From: Eledone cirrhosa
Lineage: Eukaryota
Reading direction: 5' to 3'
Assembly: GCA_964016885.1 (NCBI GenBank)
Contig: CAXHJY010000837.1
Coordinates: forward strand, 1-64,000
DNA length: 64,000 nt
Shown here: in pieces, positions 14,029-26,899 of the stretch
How positions within the stretch are numbered: position 1 is the stretch's first letter
How the letters are laid out: every line of letters starts with the position of its first letter
The notes under the pieces: model-generated
What the model was told of the DNA's origin: nothing
The model's input: the letters and a program-made list of their open reading frames with translations, nothing else
The model's database searches: none
Made by a program: the position numbers and the translations under genes

Positions 14029-14921
14029 TACAGCCGTAGAAACCAAGCCCAAATTGGGCCAGTGTGAGCAAGACATGGTCATTTGATCTGGCTTGGCTCA
14101 CATCTGGACAACTCATCTAATCCATGCTAGCATAGAAAAATGGATGTTAAACGGTGATGATGAATATTTATCATATATACTTGTGAATAGGTCACACATT
14201 TTCCCATGGGAATACACTATACAACTTATCTACTTCTACTGGATTTACAAAACATCATCTGAAAGTATATGGTACATTGTAAATACATATAAAAGGGAGG
14301 TGCGATTTATACACGAACACATAAGGTAATCTACTAATATATAATGCTCTTGTGTTTTTGTACGTCACGCCAAGGGAGGTAACTCATCTATGTTTCTGTA
14401 TGTAAATATAAATACATACATAAACATATACAAAATAATTGTTTCTACTTTTGGTACAAGGCCAGCAATTATCCCAGTGTATTACTGGTACTTTATTTTA
14501 TCGACCTCGTAAGGATGAAAGGCAATAATGATTATACACACACATCTATGTGATGAGTGTGGAAGGAAGGGGGCTGTGACAAACTATAGAAAAGAGAGAA
14601 CAGCGTTCGCTACACCAGTGTTACTCATACATATAAATCTATACTTATGCACACACACTCGCATATAATAATTATTATCTCTGAGTCTGTATGTTTGAGT
14701 AGATGTGTGTCTATGTAACAATTATTTTTAACTAGCGTTCTTAGATTGGCTACACTTGTGAGTGTATGTGTTGATCAAGGAGCCTAGTCCCTAGCAATAT
14801 CGAAATAAATTAGAATCAACAAGAATATAGAACGACCGCAATTGAAAGGTATATACAAATACACATCTACCCTTTAGCCGTCATTTTTGACGGCACGGGG
14901 CCAGCTAGTTTTAACTATAAT

Positions 14922-15093
14922 AATTTTCTACTTTTGGCACAAGGCCAGCAATTATCACAGTGCATTACTGGTACTTTATTTTATCGACCGCAAGGCAAAG
15001 TTAACTTTAGCGGGATTTGAAATCAGAACGTAAAGAACCGTAACTCTATGCCTCAAAGCACGTTGTTCGACGCCCTACCGATACTGTCAATCC
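14922..15093 (-). mobile_element. tRNA-derived SINE, family 2
   Basis: Reverse complement of the family at 38808 and 40343; ACTATAA flanks both sides. Partial copies at ~14437-14525, ~25395-25540 and ~9590-9720. Confidence 0.8.
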
Positions 15094-15237
15094 ACTATAA
15101 AGAACAAATAATATACTGTGTTAAATTCAACCGCAACAACGTGTATGAGAAACAGCAACACGAAATATTTTATATACAACACATACATTCAAAACAATAC
15201 AAACAATTGCGTTCAAATGAAAATAAAACATATATAC

Positions 15238-15346
15238 CTGTATGTTATTGAGTGCTTTCACGGCCTTGTGGGCAGATTCACGTTCCAAAAACAAGATAAA
15301 AGCAACTCCCTTACTTTTGCGTTTAGAATCTTTCATAACTGTCACT
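15238..15346 (-). CDS. ZCRB1: ZCRB1 coding exon 2 (RRM, RNP1 KGVAFILF)
   Basis: Acceptor ttttctag, then [36 protein letters not shown], donor GTAT. Phase matches exon 1. Confidence 0.96.
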
Positions 15347-15628
15347 CTAGAAAAGAATATAACAAGGATTAACGAGACACAACGGAAGGGTGCGACATAT
15401 TTCAATTAACTTCAGTATGTCACTGAGTACATCTCTAAAAGATGATTGTTGTGATAAAGACTACAGAAATATGGGAGCCACCACCACTACCATCATTTTA
15501 CATTTTCTTTCCAAGCTGACATGGATTGAACGACGCATTTCAATCGAAATGAGTTCTACCTTCTTAAATGGATAGGGGGAAAAGGCATTTCTCGATTATA
15601 CGTTCTATTTTTCAACATGGTTTCTACG

Positions 15629-15740
15629 GCTGGATCCCCTTCCTGACACTGACCATATTGCAGCTGGCTGGATCCCCTTCCTGACACTGACCATATTGCA
15701 GCTGGCTGGATACCCTTCCTAATATCGACTATATTACAGA
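15629..15740. repeat. 38 bp tandem repeat (~3 copies) within a decayed SINE/RTE 3' body
   Basis: gctggatccccttcctgacactgaccatattgcagctg repeated. Confidence 0.85.
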
Positions 15741-16327
15741 ATATACTGAGTATATTTTATTGTGACACCAGCACTAGAGAGATTGTCATGATCTTGACAT
15801 GACTGAAAGGTTTTGTTTCTCCTATGTACTCACAGAGTCATCCATCGCTTATTTTACTTTCACCTCATGTGTAAAATAAACGATGGAACCCGCGGTGTGC
15901 AAGAGGAACTGGCGGTATATAGAAGTACGGGAGCAAGGATTGTAGCTGGTTGAAGCAGTTGTGACTGGGGTATAGTGAAACAATGTGCTATGTTGTTGAC
16001 GATGAGTTGTTGATTGTTATATTACGATGTTAATTTTATGGGTCCCAAATGGACAAAAGGCGAAGCTAACGAGAATTACAAGGGTACATGTGTCCGCGGA
16101 ATGATACTCAGACTTACACATTAATTTCACAAATAGGGATTTAGTTGATCGAACAACTAAATGATCATCGTCGAGACCAACGGAGGGTCTATTCACCGTG
16201 ATGTTAATGAGTTTACAGAGGAAATAACGGAACCCAAACCTGATGAGATAAGACTGAAAATAATGAATGGCTTCCAGTCTAAGTTAGCACAATAACATAG
16301 AAAGAAGCTAATAAAACGGTATCTTAC

Positions 16328-16440
16328 TTGACAACTTTTCCGTATTTATCAAATATTTTGTGAAGATCATTATTGGTTAATGAAAAAGGTAAATTACTGA
16401 CGTAAATTGTACTTTTACTCGGAGCAAGACCTCCACTCAT
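16328..16440 (-). CDS. ZCRB1: ZCRB1 (U11/U12 snRNP 31K) coding exon 1
   Basis: Translates [37 protein letters not shown](K), nearly identical to the recalled vertebrate ZCRB1 N-terminus. ATG at 16440, donor GTAAG after 16328 (phase 2). Confidence 0.96.
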
Positions 16441-16705
16441 CTTTACTCTTTGGGGTAACACCGGCGGTAAACGCTAAAATAAATCCCCGTTATTAAATTT
16501 AGTTTTCTTTCTGGTAAGCAACGATTATTTTCCTAAAAGTTGGATATAATATATTGTGGTATATTACTGGTAATTATTTAATCGAGCCGAATCAGGAGGA
16601 ATGGGAAGTGAGACGGAGTTCAGAAGGTTGATGTCTTAAAAAAAAAATGTCTTATTGAAGGGCAGACAAGCTTTTAAAACATATTTGTAATGTTATTTAT
16701 ATATA

Positions 16706-17182
16706 CTAGCAGAAAAACCACCCGAGAGTGGTTTTTCTGCTAGCATGTGTAGTGTGCATATTGATATTATACGCAAGTATATATGCATGTAGATATGATA
16801 CATCAAATAAAATCGTAATTGACAATATCCACAGAAATTGAACGAAGTTACACTGTCTTATGTAATCAGTAATCATGATACATTAAAAAAAGACTATATT
16901 ATATATAAACTGCATTAGGAGAAAATTAGTGACGGAAATATATAAATGTTTATTTAAGCAATCGCTAACCGGAAGTGTTGACATTTGAAAATTTTAAAGA
17001 AGTGAATCTTAAAATAAACAACAAAATTATTTCTATTTAATCAAGAATAACGAAATTTAGTAGATAAATTATGTAATATTCATTCATTATTTATTCAAAG
17101 TAATCCAACTTATTTTACAAACGGGATAAAAAAAACATATTCTGGACGCAGTCCTGCACTCCTTACTTTATTATAGTTTAGA
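16706..17182 (-). mobile_element. Non-autonomous Helitron-like element
   Basis: Minus strand begins A|TC and ends CTAG|T, with a 15 bp-stem terminal hairpin (ctagcagaaaaacca...tggtttttctgctag) and no TSD. Paralogous to 39842-40616. Confidence 0.75.
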
Positions 17183-17299
17183 TATTTAAAACATATTTGT
17201 TATGTAAAGGAAGGGGTGAACAACCAAGCCAACGCCAGAGCAAAAGAAAGACAGCAGCATCGCGAGGAGTACCGGGCAACATCTCTAATGATTTTTGAG

Positions 17300-17405
17300 G
17301 CAAGCCAGCACCTCTCTTCATTGGTGGCTCACCCAATAGAGGTAACTGGCGAATCTCGGGAGGGCGCTTGGTTGTTCCAGCACATTAGCCTCGCCATCAG
17401 CTTTT
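17300..17405 (+). mobile_element. Possible CRE-clade non-LTR C-terminal fragment
   Basis: VTGESREGAWLFQHISLAI resembles the TGDxRExxxLFQRISxAI terminus of CRE elements. Short. Confidence 0.45.
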
Positions 17406-17873
17406 AAAATACTAAATGAGTTCGATAAAGTACAGTACACTCGGTGTCCCATCTGTGGCAATGCACCGTTCAGAGAGGCATTCAGCAGGAATTCAAATCC
17501 ATCCAAGGTTAATTTTGTCTTTCCTCCTTTCAGCGTGTTTATAACATAAACTATTAGTCCATAATAGTGGATTGGATGCTCCTATCTCCTCAAATTAATT
17601 TGTTTTATTTTTCTTCTATATTATAGGTTTTATTGTGAAAAAATGTGTCTTTTGTGATTAAGTAAACGGAAAAGGAAGGAAAAGGCAAGGGGTCCTAGAA
17701 GCATGGGAGGGTGAGGGGCTCTAAGCCTAGGGCGTCTCTCTTTTTCATGCATACTCTTAGCATCTCCTTTCCAGTGGTAAGAAACTCCTAGGAGAGCTGG
17801 ACAGCAGACAGTCTTCAAAGAAGAAACCCCACTCAAGCGAGTGTTTCAGCCCTTAATTTATCACGCTCTAAGG

Positions 17874-18220
17874 CAGAGGCTCTCAAACTTTTTAGGCCAC
17901 CGCCTTCTCACTCACGGCCACATAATACCCTCACTTCTCCCACCCTTATTTCCAGAGAGACCTACCTACACGCAAATTGTTATTAATATATAATAAATAC
18001 TATGTGTAAATAAATATATATTTTTTATTTTACTATCATCATCATCATCATCGTCATCGTTTAAGATCTATCTCCCACGCTAGCATGGGTTTAGACGGTT
18101 ATATTTATATATATGTATTATTTGATATTTAATATACTATTATATCATCTGTACCACCCCCTGGACTTTCTCAACGACACCTAGGGGGAGGGGATGTAGC
18201 GCCCACTTTGAGAATCTCTG
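17874..18220. mobile_element. hAT (Charlie-like) MITE
   Basis: TIRs cagaggctctcaaa / tttgagaatctctg; 8 bp TSD ctctaagg / ctctaagc. Contains a short RTE tail insert. Confidence 0.75.
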
Positions 18221-18505
18221 CTCTAAGCGGACCAAGCCGCATCCAGGTCATGACTCCTGGGTGCACTTTTGCTGACATTTAGCCATCCGGAAATTGGAAA
18301 CTTGCAGTGTATTTAAACAGTATGGAGATTTTGTTGATAGGATCTAGCTGGAACTTCTTTCCGTTGTCTCTGCTTTCAAACTTATATTTAAACGTTTTCT
18401 TGAATTGGAAAAATAACGTTGGTAGTCATGGTAGCAGTGAGAACACTACAAACTACAGCGAACTCAGAGTCCTTAGCATGCATTAAAATAAAAACCCGCT
18501 TCCTC

Positions 18506-18860
18506 TCACATAGTATAGAGGACGTTTTTGTTCCTCCTCAACCAGATCCAGTCAAAACTCATTTTAGCTGTCTCAGATATTGCCTTAAAGGCTCTGGTCC
18601 TTGTCTTCCCAGAAACTGAGAGTTGTTTCATGAGATTGTAGGCAGAGTGGCACACAAAGCCTCTGGCTCCAGCTTCTGTGATGTGAACTTTGACTCGGAA
18701 GCTGGCTTCCCTCAGGCTATTGGCCAAACTGACATATTTTTCGGTCTTGAATATTTGTGTTTCTTTTAATCTACTTTCAATTTACGCGGTAAGTTCAACC
18801 AAAATCAGCTGTTTTGATGAACTGGAATGAAGTATGATATTCAACCTCAAACCACTTTTA
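18506..18860 (-). mobile_element. Restriction-like endonuclease C-terminus of a HERO/R2-type non-LTR element, decayed
   Basis: KQLILVELT...KTEKY...EAGARGFVCHS...SETAKMSFDWIWLRR pattern. Confidence 0.65.
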
Positions 18861-20084
18861 GTAATATAAACTTTGGTTGTAATGTAACAGAAAGGCATTC
18901 AACAGAGATTCATAATGGTACAATTCATAAAGGTAGCAATTCAATGTAGGACTGATATGTTAGTAGTGATTACTACTTCAGGAAAACGTAGATGTAATAA
19001 TCATGTTCATATTCCATGATAGTGGAAAAGATCAGAAGGCATAGTTAAACATAATAAAGGTTTAATTTTGCTTGATGTGAACGCATGTACAAAGGGTATG
19101 AAGTGGTACAGAGATTTTGTGTAACAAAGCTGACATGTAATGGCAAATCTCTTAAAGGCAAGTAGTTTGGAACCAAGTTGTCAATTACAGTAAATCTCCT
19201 AAAAGACGTATAATTAAGCTACTCTCATTGTTAGAGAGCAAAGTCACAGTAGTAGGGAAGTCATTACAAGCTGCTGGTGTTGACGAAATGCAAAGCGCAA
19301 CTGCTAGGTAGTTTTGAAAGATGGTGCCTCGACTGGGAACACCATTTGTGAGGTGCTGGTGTTGACGAGTCCAAAATGCAATTGCTAGCTAGAACTGAAA
19401 AAAAGTCGTGAAGCAACTGCGGGGCAGAAGCCATCTTTTGTATTCATACGCCACCAACCCTAAGTGGATTTTTAAACCTTAAGATTACAAATTCACATTA
19501 TACACAAGGACTAGCTTGATACATAAGCTATTACAGACATTGTAATATATATATATATACATGGAATTACTTTTGCATCATCTTCTAGTGCTTATTATAT
19601 ATGGAATATATTTTCCCTGAGATTTTTTCAGTAGCATTAGTGTGTGACTATAGACTAATAAATACTCTAAACAGATACTTAAATCTTTTCCTGTCATCAC
19701 TCAGTAACACAGATTATAAGTAATTCCATAAAACATTAATTCTATGATACTTTTCATTACAGTCATTCCTATTTCATGCTACATTTGCTTTATCTACACA
19801 TTCAGAACCTAATTCTTCATTCTAAACATTGTGGGGCATTTGGTTATCTTGTAATATTTGATAGTTTTAGAATTTGACATAAAGTATTTCAACTTTAATT
19901 ACTGAACTAAAACAAATAGAAAAACATTACTGTATCTATGAACTAAAAAGGTAACCTGAGAAAATGGATTTTTCATTCTTTCTTTAATAAAGAATACATT
20001 CTTCAGGAATTCAGATTTTGGTAGTGTTTTAACCCTTTTGATACCAATGCTCCTGAAACTGTCCTTGGTTTTGTTATACAAAAC

Positions 20085-21850
20085 TCTCCCGCACATGACA
20101 GTTTATCCCTCTTATATACAGTTTCACTCTCAACTCGTCTATGCTTGGTTGTTCACGCACATTGACATTACACATCCATCGAAGCATGCTTGCTTCATTT
20201 CTCTCCAGCTGTTGCATATCCTCTGCAGTTGCTGCCCATCTCTCACTACCATGCAGCATCGCACATCTCACACAGGCATCATATAACCGGCCTTTCGTAC
20301 AGAGGGAGAAACCCTTCTTTGTCAACAGAGGAAGCAGCTCCCTAAACTTCTTCCAACTCATCCTTATTCTAGATACTATGGTCTTGGAGCACCCACCTCC
20401 TTTGCTAATCTGATCTCCTAGGTATTGGACGCTATCAACCACCTCTATAGATCCCCTACCTGCATTTGAAAAATGTGTCTATCACTGCGACTTCTACTGT
20501 AAAATTTCCCTAAACATCTACTGCATATGTAGTTTTCCCTACCTGTTAGTTTGCCTGCTATCCCACTACATCTCTTGTGTATCCAAGATCTGCCTTGTGT
20601 ACATTCTATAGAGTTTATGCCAACTCCTTTTCTACATATCGAACTTGGCCATTTCCCTGATGGAATCAGAGTTTTGTCCTCTTTCCTACTTATCAATACT
20701 TTAGTCTTTGCTATGTTCACTCTCAGTCCCCTTGATTCCAACTGCTGTTTCCATATCTGGAATTTATTCTCTAGCTTCTCCACTGATTCTGCTATAAGTA
20801 CCAGATCGTCAGCATAGAGAAGTTCCCATGGGTAGCCAGTCTTAAACTCCTCTGTTAAGGCTTGGAGAACTATAATGAATAAAAGTGGGCTGAGGACCAA
20901 ACCTTGATGAACTCCTACTTGTATCTGGAATTCCTCACTAAACTCTATTCCTACTCTGACTTTACTGACAATTCCTCTGTACATAGTTTGCACTATCCTC
21001 ACAAGCCATTCCTCTACATCTAGTTTTCTTAGGGGCCACCAGATAATAGATCGGGGTACCCTATCAAAGGCCTTCTCTAGGTCAATAAAAGCTAAGTATA
21101 GTGGCTTATTCTTCTCTAAGAACCTCTCTTGTAATTGTTTCACTAAGAAGAGGGCATTTGTTGTACTTTTCCGAGGCACAAAACCAAACTGCATCTCATC
21201 TAGTTTGACCCTTTCTCTAATTAGTTGTGCTAGCACTCTTTCTGTCATTTTCATAACCCGATCCATCAGTTTCATGCCCCTATAATTGCTCCTTTCCAGA
21301 ACATCCCCTTTACCTTTGTAGCAATTTATAAGAATACTGCTGCACCAGTCCTTGAGTATGACCCCGCCATATATAACTTGATTGACTATGCGTGCAACTA
21401 GTTTAGTTCCTTCTTCTGCTGATGCCTTCAGCATCCCTGAGGGTCCGACTATCCCTGATGGTCCAGTGGCCTTTCCACTTTTCATTTCCTTAATTGCCTC
21501 TTTAACCCCATACTCGTCAATCTCAATAGCTGGTCCCTCTGTTGGGTCTACTGGGGGTAGTTTCTCTCTCTCCCATTCATTCTCAACATTCATCAGTCTC
21601 TCATAATGACATTGCCAGGCCTCCTTTTTCTGAGCATCAGTGACGTTAAGCGCACCAACATCATTTTGGACACATTTATCTCCAACAACATCCTGATTTA
21701 CACTGACACACTGCCTTGCAATGTGGAACACCTCACGTCTCTGATCCTCTCATTGCAGAACATTCGCAAACCTACTCTCAGCTTCCCTGCATGCTAAGTA
21801 CACCTCTCTTCTAGCCTCTCTTTTAGCAGCTGAGTATCGGTCTCTACTCT
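20085..21850 (-). mobile_element. RTE LINE internal fragment (subfamily B)
   Basis: ORFs 20445-21731 and 20074-20442 with RT motifs. Confidence 0.93.
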
Positions 21851-21996
21851 TCTCAGATAATGACTGATAGTGATGACTGATGATGATTGGAACTTATATT
21901 TGAAATATATTTTAAGAAATGTTTTAATAAATGTAAAGGTTAAAACATATCACACAACAGTATGGTTTTATATGGATAACTAAAAGAATTAAAAAC

Positions 21997-22837
21997 AAAA
22001 TCAGCAGTGGTGGAGGGTGTTCTGAAAGTACAGTAGCCAGAGTCAGAACGGGATGGAAAAAGTTCAGAGAGCTAAAGGTTTCTCTCTAAAAATGAAAGGC
22101 AGATTGTATGATGCCTGTATATGAACAGCAATGCTACATGGCAGTGAGACAAGGGCATTACGTGCAGAGGACCTGCATAGACTGGAAAGGAACGAAGCTT
22201 GCATGCTCCGTTGGATGTGTAATAGTAATATACGTGAACGGCAAAGCATAAATGAACTAAGTGAGAAATCAGATGCTGTTTACTTGAGAGAATACTACGT
22301 TGGTATGGTCACGTGATGCGCATCAAAATTGATGGTAGCTATGGAGTAGGTAGACCCAGAAAAACCTGGGATGATGATAAATTCCAACCTCACACACTTA
22401 CATCTCTCTAAGACAATGTCTCTGGACCGAGATCTTTGGCGCTACGCAGTAATACAGAAGACCCCCCTTGCCAATGTACAAAGCGAAACCTACAGTCAGT
22501 AGGCACCTCTTAACCAAATATATACCCCAATCCACTACCCTATCCTCCCACTCCCATCAAAAGCACGAGAAAATGAGATCAAGATCGTGTAGGTGTCACA
22601 ACAAAAAACACACAGTCCACGCTGTAATGTGGCCGTGTAGGTAACACGGTAAAAAGTTCCCAGTTCCACACTGTAAATGTGGTTGGTGTTAGGGAGGGCA
22701 TCCAGCCGTAGAAAACCTGCCAGATAGTCCTATATGAGCGAGACATAGTCACCCGATCAGCCTTGCCTCAAGTGGGACAACTCCCGTCTAACCCATGCTA
22801 GCGTGGAAAATGGACGTTAAACGAAGATGATGATGAT
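21997..22837 (+). mobile_element. RTE 3' fragment with deletions and tail
   Basis: MLHGSET...[12 protein letters not shown], 3' UTR and (GAT)n. Confidence 0.9.
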
Positions 22838-23206
22838 GTAGATATGATACGTCAAATGAAATGTAAATTGAGAATATGCACAGAAATTGAAGAGAGACTC
22901 TTCTGTAATCAGTAAAGTAATCCATGATACATTAAAAAAAGATGATATATATAAACTGCATTACAGCAAAATGTTATGGAAATAAAAAAGGATAAAATGA
23001 GATTAGCAACAGAAATATAAACGCTATGATAGAACGATGGAAATATAGCATACCGCAAAGTGTTATGATATAACGGACTCTACTCATGATATTGTTATCT
23101 TTTGTTCTGGTAGCGGTTCGTTTATCCACCACCTTTCACTTGCCTTTTGTTGTATGTGGTCCCAGATGTATGTATTCTCAATTTACATTTCATTTGACGT
23201 ATCATA

Positions 23207-24268
23207 TCATCATCATCATCATCGTTTAACGTCCATATTCCACGCTTGCATGGGTTTGGACGGGAGTTTTCCCACTTGAAGCAAGAGTGGTTGTCTTGCT
23301 CGCATAGGACTGTCTGGCGGGTTTTCTATGGCTGGATGCCCTTCCTAACACCAACCACATTTACATTGTGGAACTGGGAGGTTTTTACCGTGTTACCTAC
23401 ACGGCCACATTACAGCATGGACTGTGTGTTTTTTGTCGTGACACCTACACGACCTCATTTGTTTCGGGCTGGATGTTGTGGTACCAACATAACTTTACAT
23501 TGAAAGGGGTGGTGTAGATGGGGTGGGGGTAGTGGGACGGGGTGTATTTTGTTAGAGGTGCCTACTGACTGTAGTAGGTTTCACTTTGTACTTAGGTAAG
23601 GCGGGTCTTCTCTATTACTGTGTAGTGCCAAAGATCTCGGTCCAGTGACATTGTCTTGGAGAGGTGTAAGTGTGTGAGGTCGGAATTTATCAAGTCATCC
23701 CAGGTTTTTCTGGGTCTGCCTACTCCGTGGCTACCGTCTATTTTTATTGCCCTGCACTTTTTTATACAGCTGTCGTCTTTCATGCGCATCAAGTGACCAT
23801 ACCAACGTAGTCTTCTCTCGAGTAAACAACATCTGATCCCTCTTATTTCTAATGTTTCCCTTAGTTCGTTTATGCTTTGCCGTTCACGTATATTACTATT
23901 AGACATCCAGCGGAGCATGCAAGCTTCGTTCCTCTCTAGTCTGTGTATATCCTCTGCACACAATGCCCAGGTCTCACTGCCATGCAACATTGCTGTTCGT
24001 ATGCAGGCATCATACAGCCTGCCTTTCATTTTTAGGGAGAACCCTTTAGCAGCTAATAGTGGTATAAGCTCTCTGAACTTTTTCCATCCAGTTCTGACTC
24101 TAGCTACTGTACTTTCAGAGCACCCTCCCCCACTGCTGATTTTGTCACCAGGTAACGAAAGCTGTCCACTATTTCTATAGAACTATCTGTGCAATGGAAT
24201 GAGCTAGTATTCTGTGGGCACTTGCTGCTACTTATTGCACCAGAGCACCGGCCACATATAAAATCTAT
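23207..24268 (-). mobile_element. RTE subfamily A 3' fragment inserted in a Helitron-like copy
   Basis: ORF 23592-24029 plus 3' UTR and tail. The Helitron hairpin end lies at ~24270-24345. Confidence 0.92.
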
Positions 24269-24966
24269 ATGTATTTTCATATAATATCAGTATGCACACT
24301 ACACATGCTAGCAGAAAACCGCCTGGAGGGTGGTTTTTCTGCTACTATTATTAATATTTTGTTAGTTTGCAAGCAAACAGCCTTATAGACACCATGTGTG
24401 TTTTCTAGATGAACAACTTCATCCTTTTGTTCCAGCAACAAACTTGCTTGCAAACAAACCGAATATTAATAATATTATGATATTATCATAATATTAATAA
24501 TATTATGATATTATCATAATATTAATAATATTATCATAATATTATTATTATTCACTGACAAATACATTTAGGTATCCACGATGTTAAGAGCGAAAACAGA
24601 TTTTGTTTTTAATTCTTTTAGTTATCCATATAAAACCATACTGTTGTGTGATATGTTTTAACCTTTACATTTATTAAAACATTTCTTAGAATATATTTCA
24701 AATATAAGTTCCAATCATCATCAGTCATCGTTATCAGCCATTATCTGCCCATTGTAAAGAGAAGGCCTTCCCAAGCAAGTAACAATTGTTCTTATCCTAT
24801 GTTGCTCTCAACCATGTAACACCCATAAACGTGTCAATCTCATCTCTCCATCTCATCCTCTGACTTCATTGACTACTGAACCTGACACCTCCTTTTCCAT
24901 TCTCTACATTGCTTTGTATATCTCTTTATTTCTTCATTCCAATACTTCTTTTATGTATATTTCTAG

Positions 24967-25265
24967 TTTCCTGGAAGGATCTCTCCGCTGGCTTTTTTGC
25001 CAATGAGAAAGTCATTAGAATAGCAACAAAACAAAATAATATAGACTTTGATAACACGTGGAGAATCACTTCAAAAGAGATTATGTCATCTGAAGTCACC
25101 AAGAATAAATACAATTATGAGTGTAGAACCATGGAAAAAGAATTCATCCAGAAAACTCAACAAACAGAAAGACTTAGATGAAAACACATCAAAGTTTGTC
25201 CAACTATTAACTATTTTTAAAACACCACATCTGAGGAAAATTACTCTTGCTATTAGCATATTCTG
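24967..25265 (+). pseudogene. SLC22-like organic cation/anion transporter exon (TM6-TM7 cytoplasmic loop), frameshifted
   Basis: Acceptor tttctag, FLEGSLRWLF (PESPRWL-like), frameshift, ANEKVIRIATKQNNIDF..., frameshift, LLTIFKTPHLRKITLAISIFW, donor GTGAGT. Length 299 nt is not a multiple of 3. Confidence 0.75.
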
Positions 25266-26249
25266 GTGAGTTTATATAAATTATTATTAATATTTCAGTA
25301 GCCATATTTTAATTACTTTAACTGCACAACAGAGTTCAGCTTTGTGTAACTTGGGTATGTGCAATGTTTTGTTTTTATTATTTTCTTTTGCATTGAGTTA
25401 AAATCCCGCCAAGGTTAACTTTGCCTTTCATCCTTACAGGGTCGATAAAATGAAGCACCAGTAATGTACTGGGGCAATTTAATCGATTTTCCCCTCTTCT
25501 TCAAATTGCTGGCCTTGTGCCTAAACTAGAAACAATTATTTTCTATTGCATTGTACATAATATTTGTGCAGTGGCTGGGAATCAGAGATGCTGAAAATTT
25601 TTTCTCTATAGTACAAAAAACTTTGTTTAAAAAGTACCAAAATATACAAAAATGTACCAAATCCAATTACCCACTTCCATACACCTCCCACATCCTAACT
25701 CCCCATGCTTCATCTACGTCCTAACACTCCACCCACCACCAGTGAAGTGCCTCATCCTAGACCAATCTCCCCAATCCCTACATACATGCATCTCCCCCAT
25801 CCCAGCACCCAGTTCACACTGTAAAGTAGTCATGTTGGTGTCATGACACAAAACGCCCAGCCCACACTGTAAAGTATTCATTTTGGTGCCACAGTAAGAA
25901 GCACCTAGTATACACTGTAAATGTGGTTGGCATTAGGAATGGCATCCAGTCATAGAATCCAAGCCAGAAACAGTTCTGTATGAGCAAGATATGGTCATCT
26001 GATCTGACTTGTCTTACAATGGGACAACTCATCTAACCCATGCTAACATGGAAAAATAGATGTTAAACAAATGTTAAAAAAAGAAAAGGTTTTAAATTTG
26101 CATTATGTATTTTAATTAAAAATAAATGTCTTCTTTTACACTTTTCTTGCTGTACCAGTTTTTTATTTGCAATTTGAGACAAAGTTGCTGTTGTGGATGC
26201 CACTTAGTGCAGTCAACATGTTGCAGAAGAGACTTTGATCTTAGCAAGA

Positions 26250-26600
26250 CGTTAAATGTTGATGTTTTTAAAGCATTGCAATTTTTGGTTTTCTATCGCT
26301 GCTGAAGAATGTGGCAATGAAAGAAGTTGTATCATGAACTTAGATAGTAATGGGTAGCGATATATGTCACCACATTTTTCTTGAGAAACAAGAAACCAGT
26401 ATTTCAAAGATTCATTTGGTGCATTAAGACATACATCTTGCAGAGTCAATTCCCTCTATTCTCTATTTATTTGTTGATATCGGTCGTCATACACAAGCTT
26501 GGAAAATTTCATTGCCAATGATGTGATCAATTTTGGTTTACCATCATAACATTGGTTAAGTCTAAAGATACTAGAACAAGTTGCTTGTTGGTAGAAATAT
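26250..26600 (-). mobile_element. Decayed hAT-type transposase C-terminal fragment
   Basis: YPLLSKFMIQLLSLPHSSAAIE resembles the hAT dimerization motif. Confidence 0.55.
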
Positions 26601-26899
26601 CCATTGTTTCAGCTTCTATAAGGCTGAAGGTGTGGAGTTTAAAAGAAGCAACAGAGAGGTAGAATCTAAGAGAGAAACTGAGTATGGTGGGAGATAACAT
26701 GCATGAACTAGAGAGAGCTTGAAAATCTCTGAAAGAGGGTGCATTAGGAACTGTTGGTGATAAGTGTGGATGGACAAAAGAACCACCAAAAGACTTGGAA
26801 ACAGGGTAATGCTACCAGACAAGGCAGTTATTCAGGGTTATAAAGCAGCCAAGGGGGGGGGGGGGCGCAAAGAAAGAAGTCATAAGAGCACTGGAGGCA

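Noticed and set aside
16238-16262. CTGATGA...GAAA hammerhead-like core (similar at ~9795)
   Set aside because: No convincing stems I-III could be paired.
8606-16440. U12-type introns in the minor-spliceosome gene ZCRB1
   Set aside because: Donors are GTAAGA, GTATAT, GTATGT, GTAAGA and GTAATA; none matches GTATCCTT/ATATCCTT.
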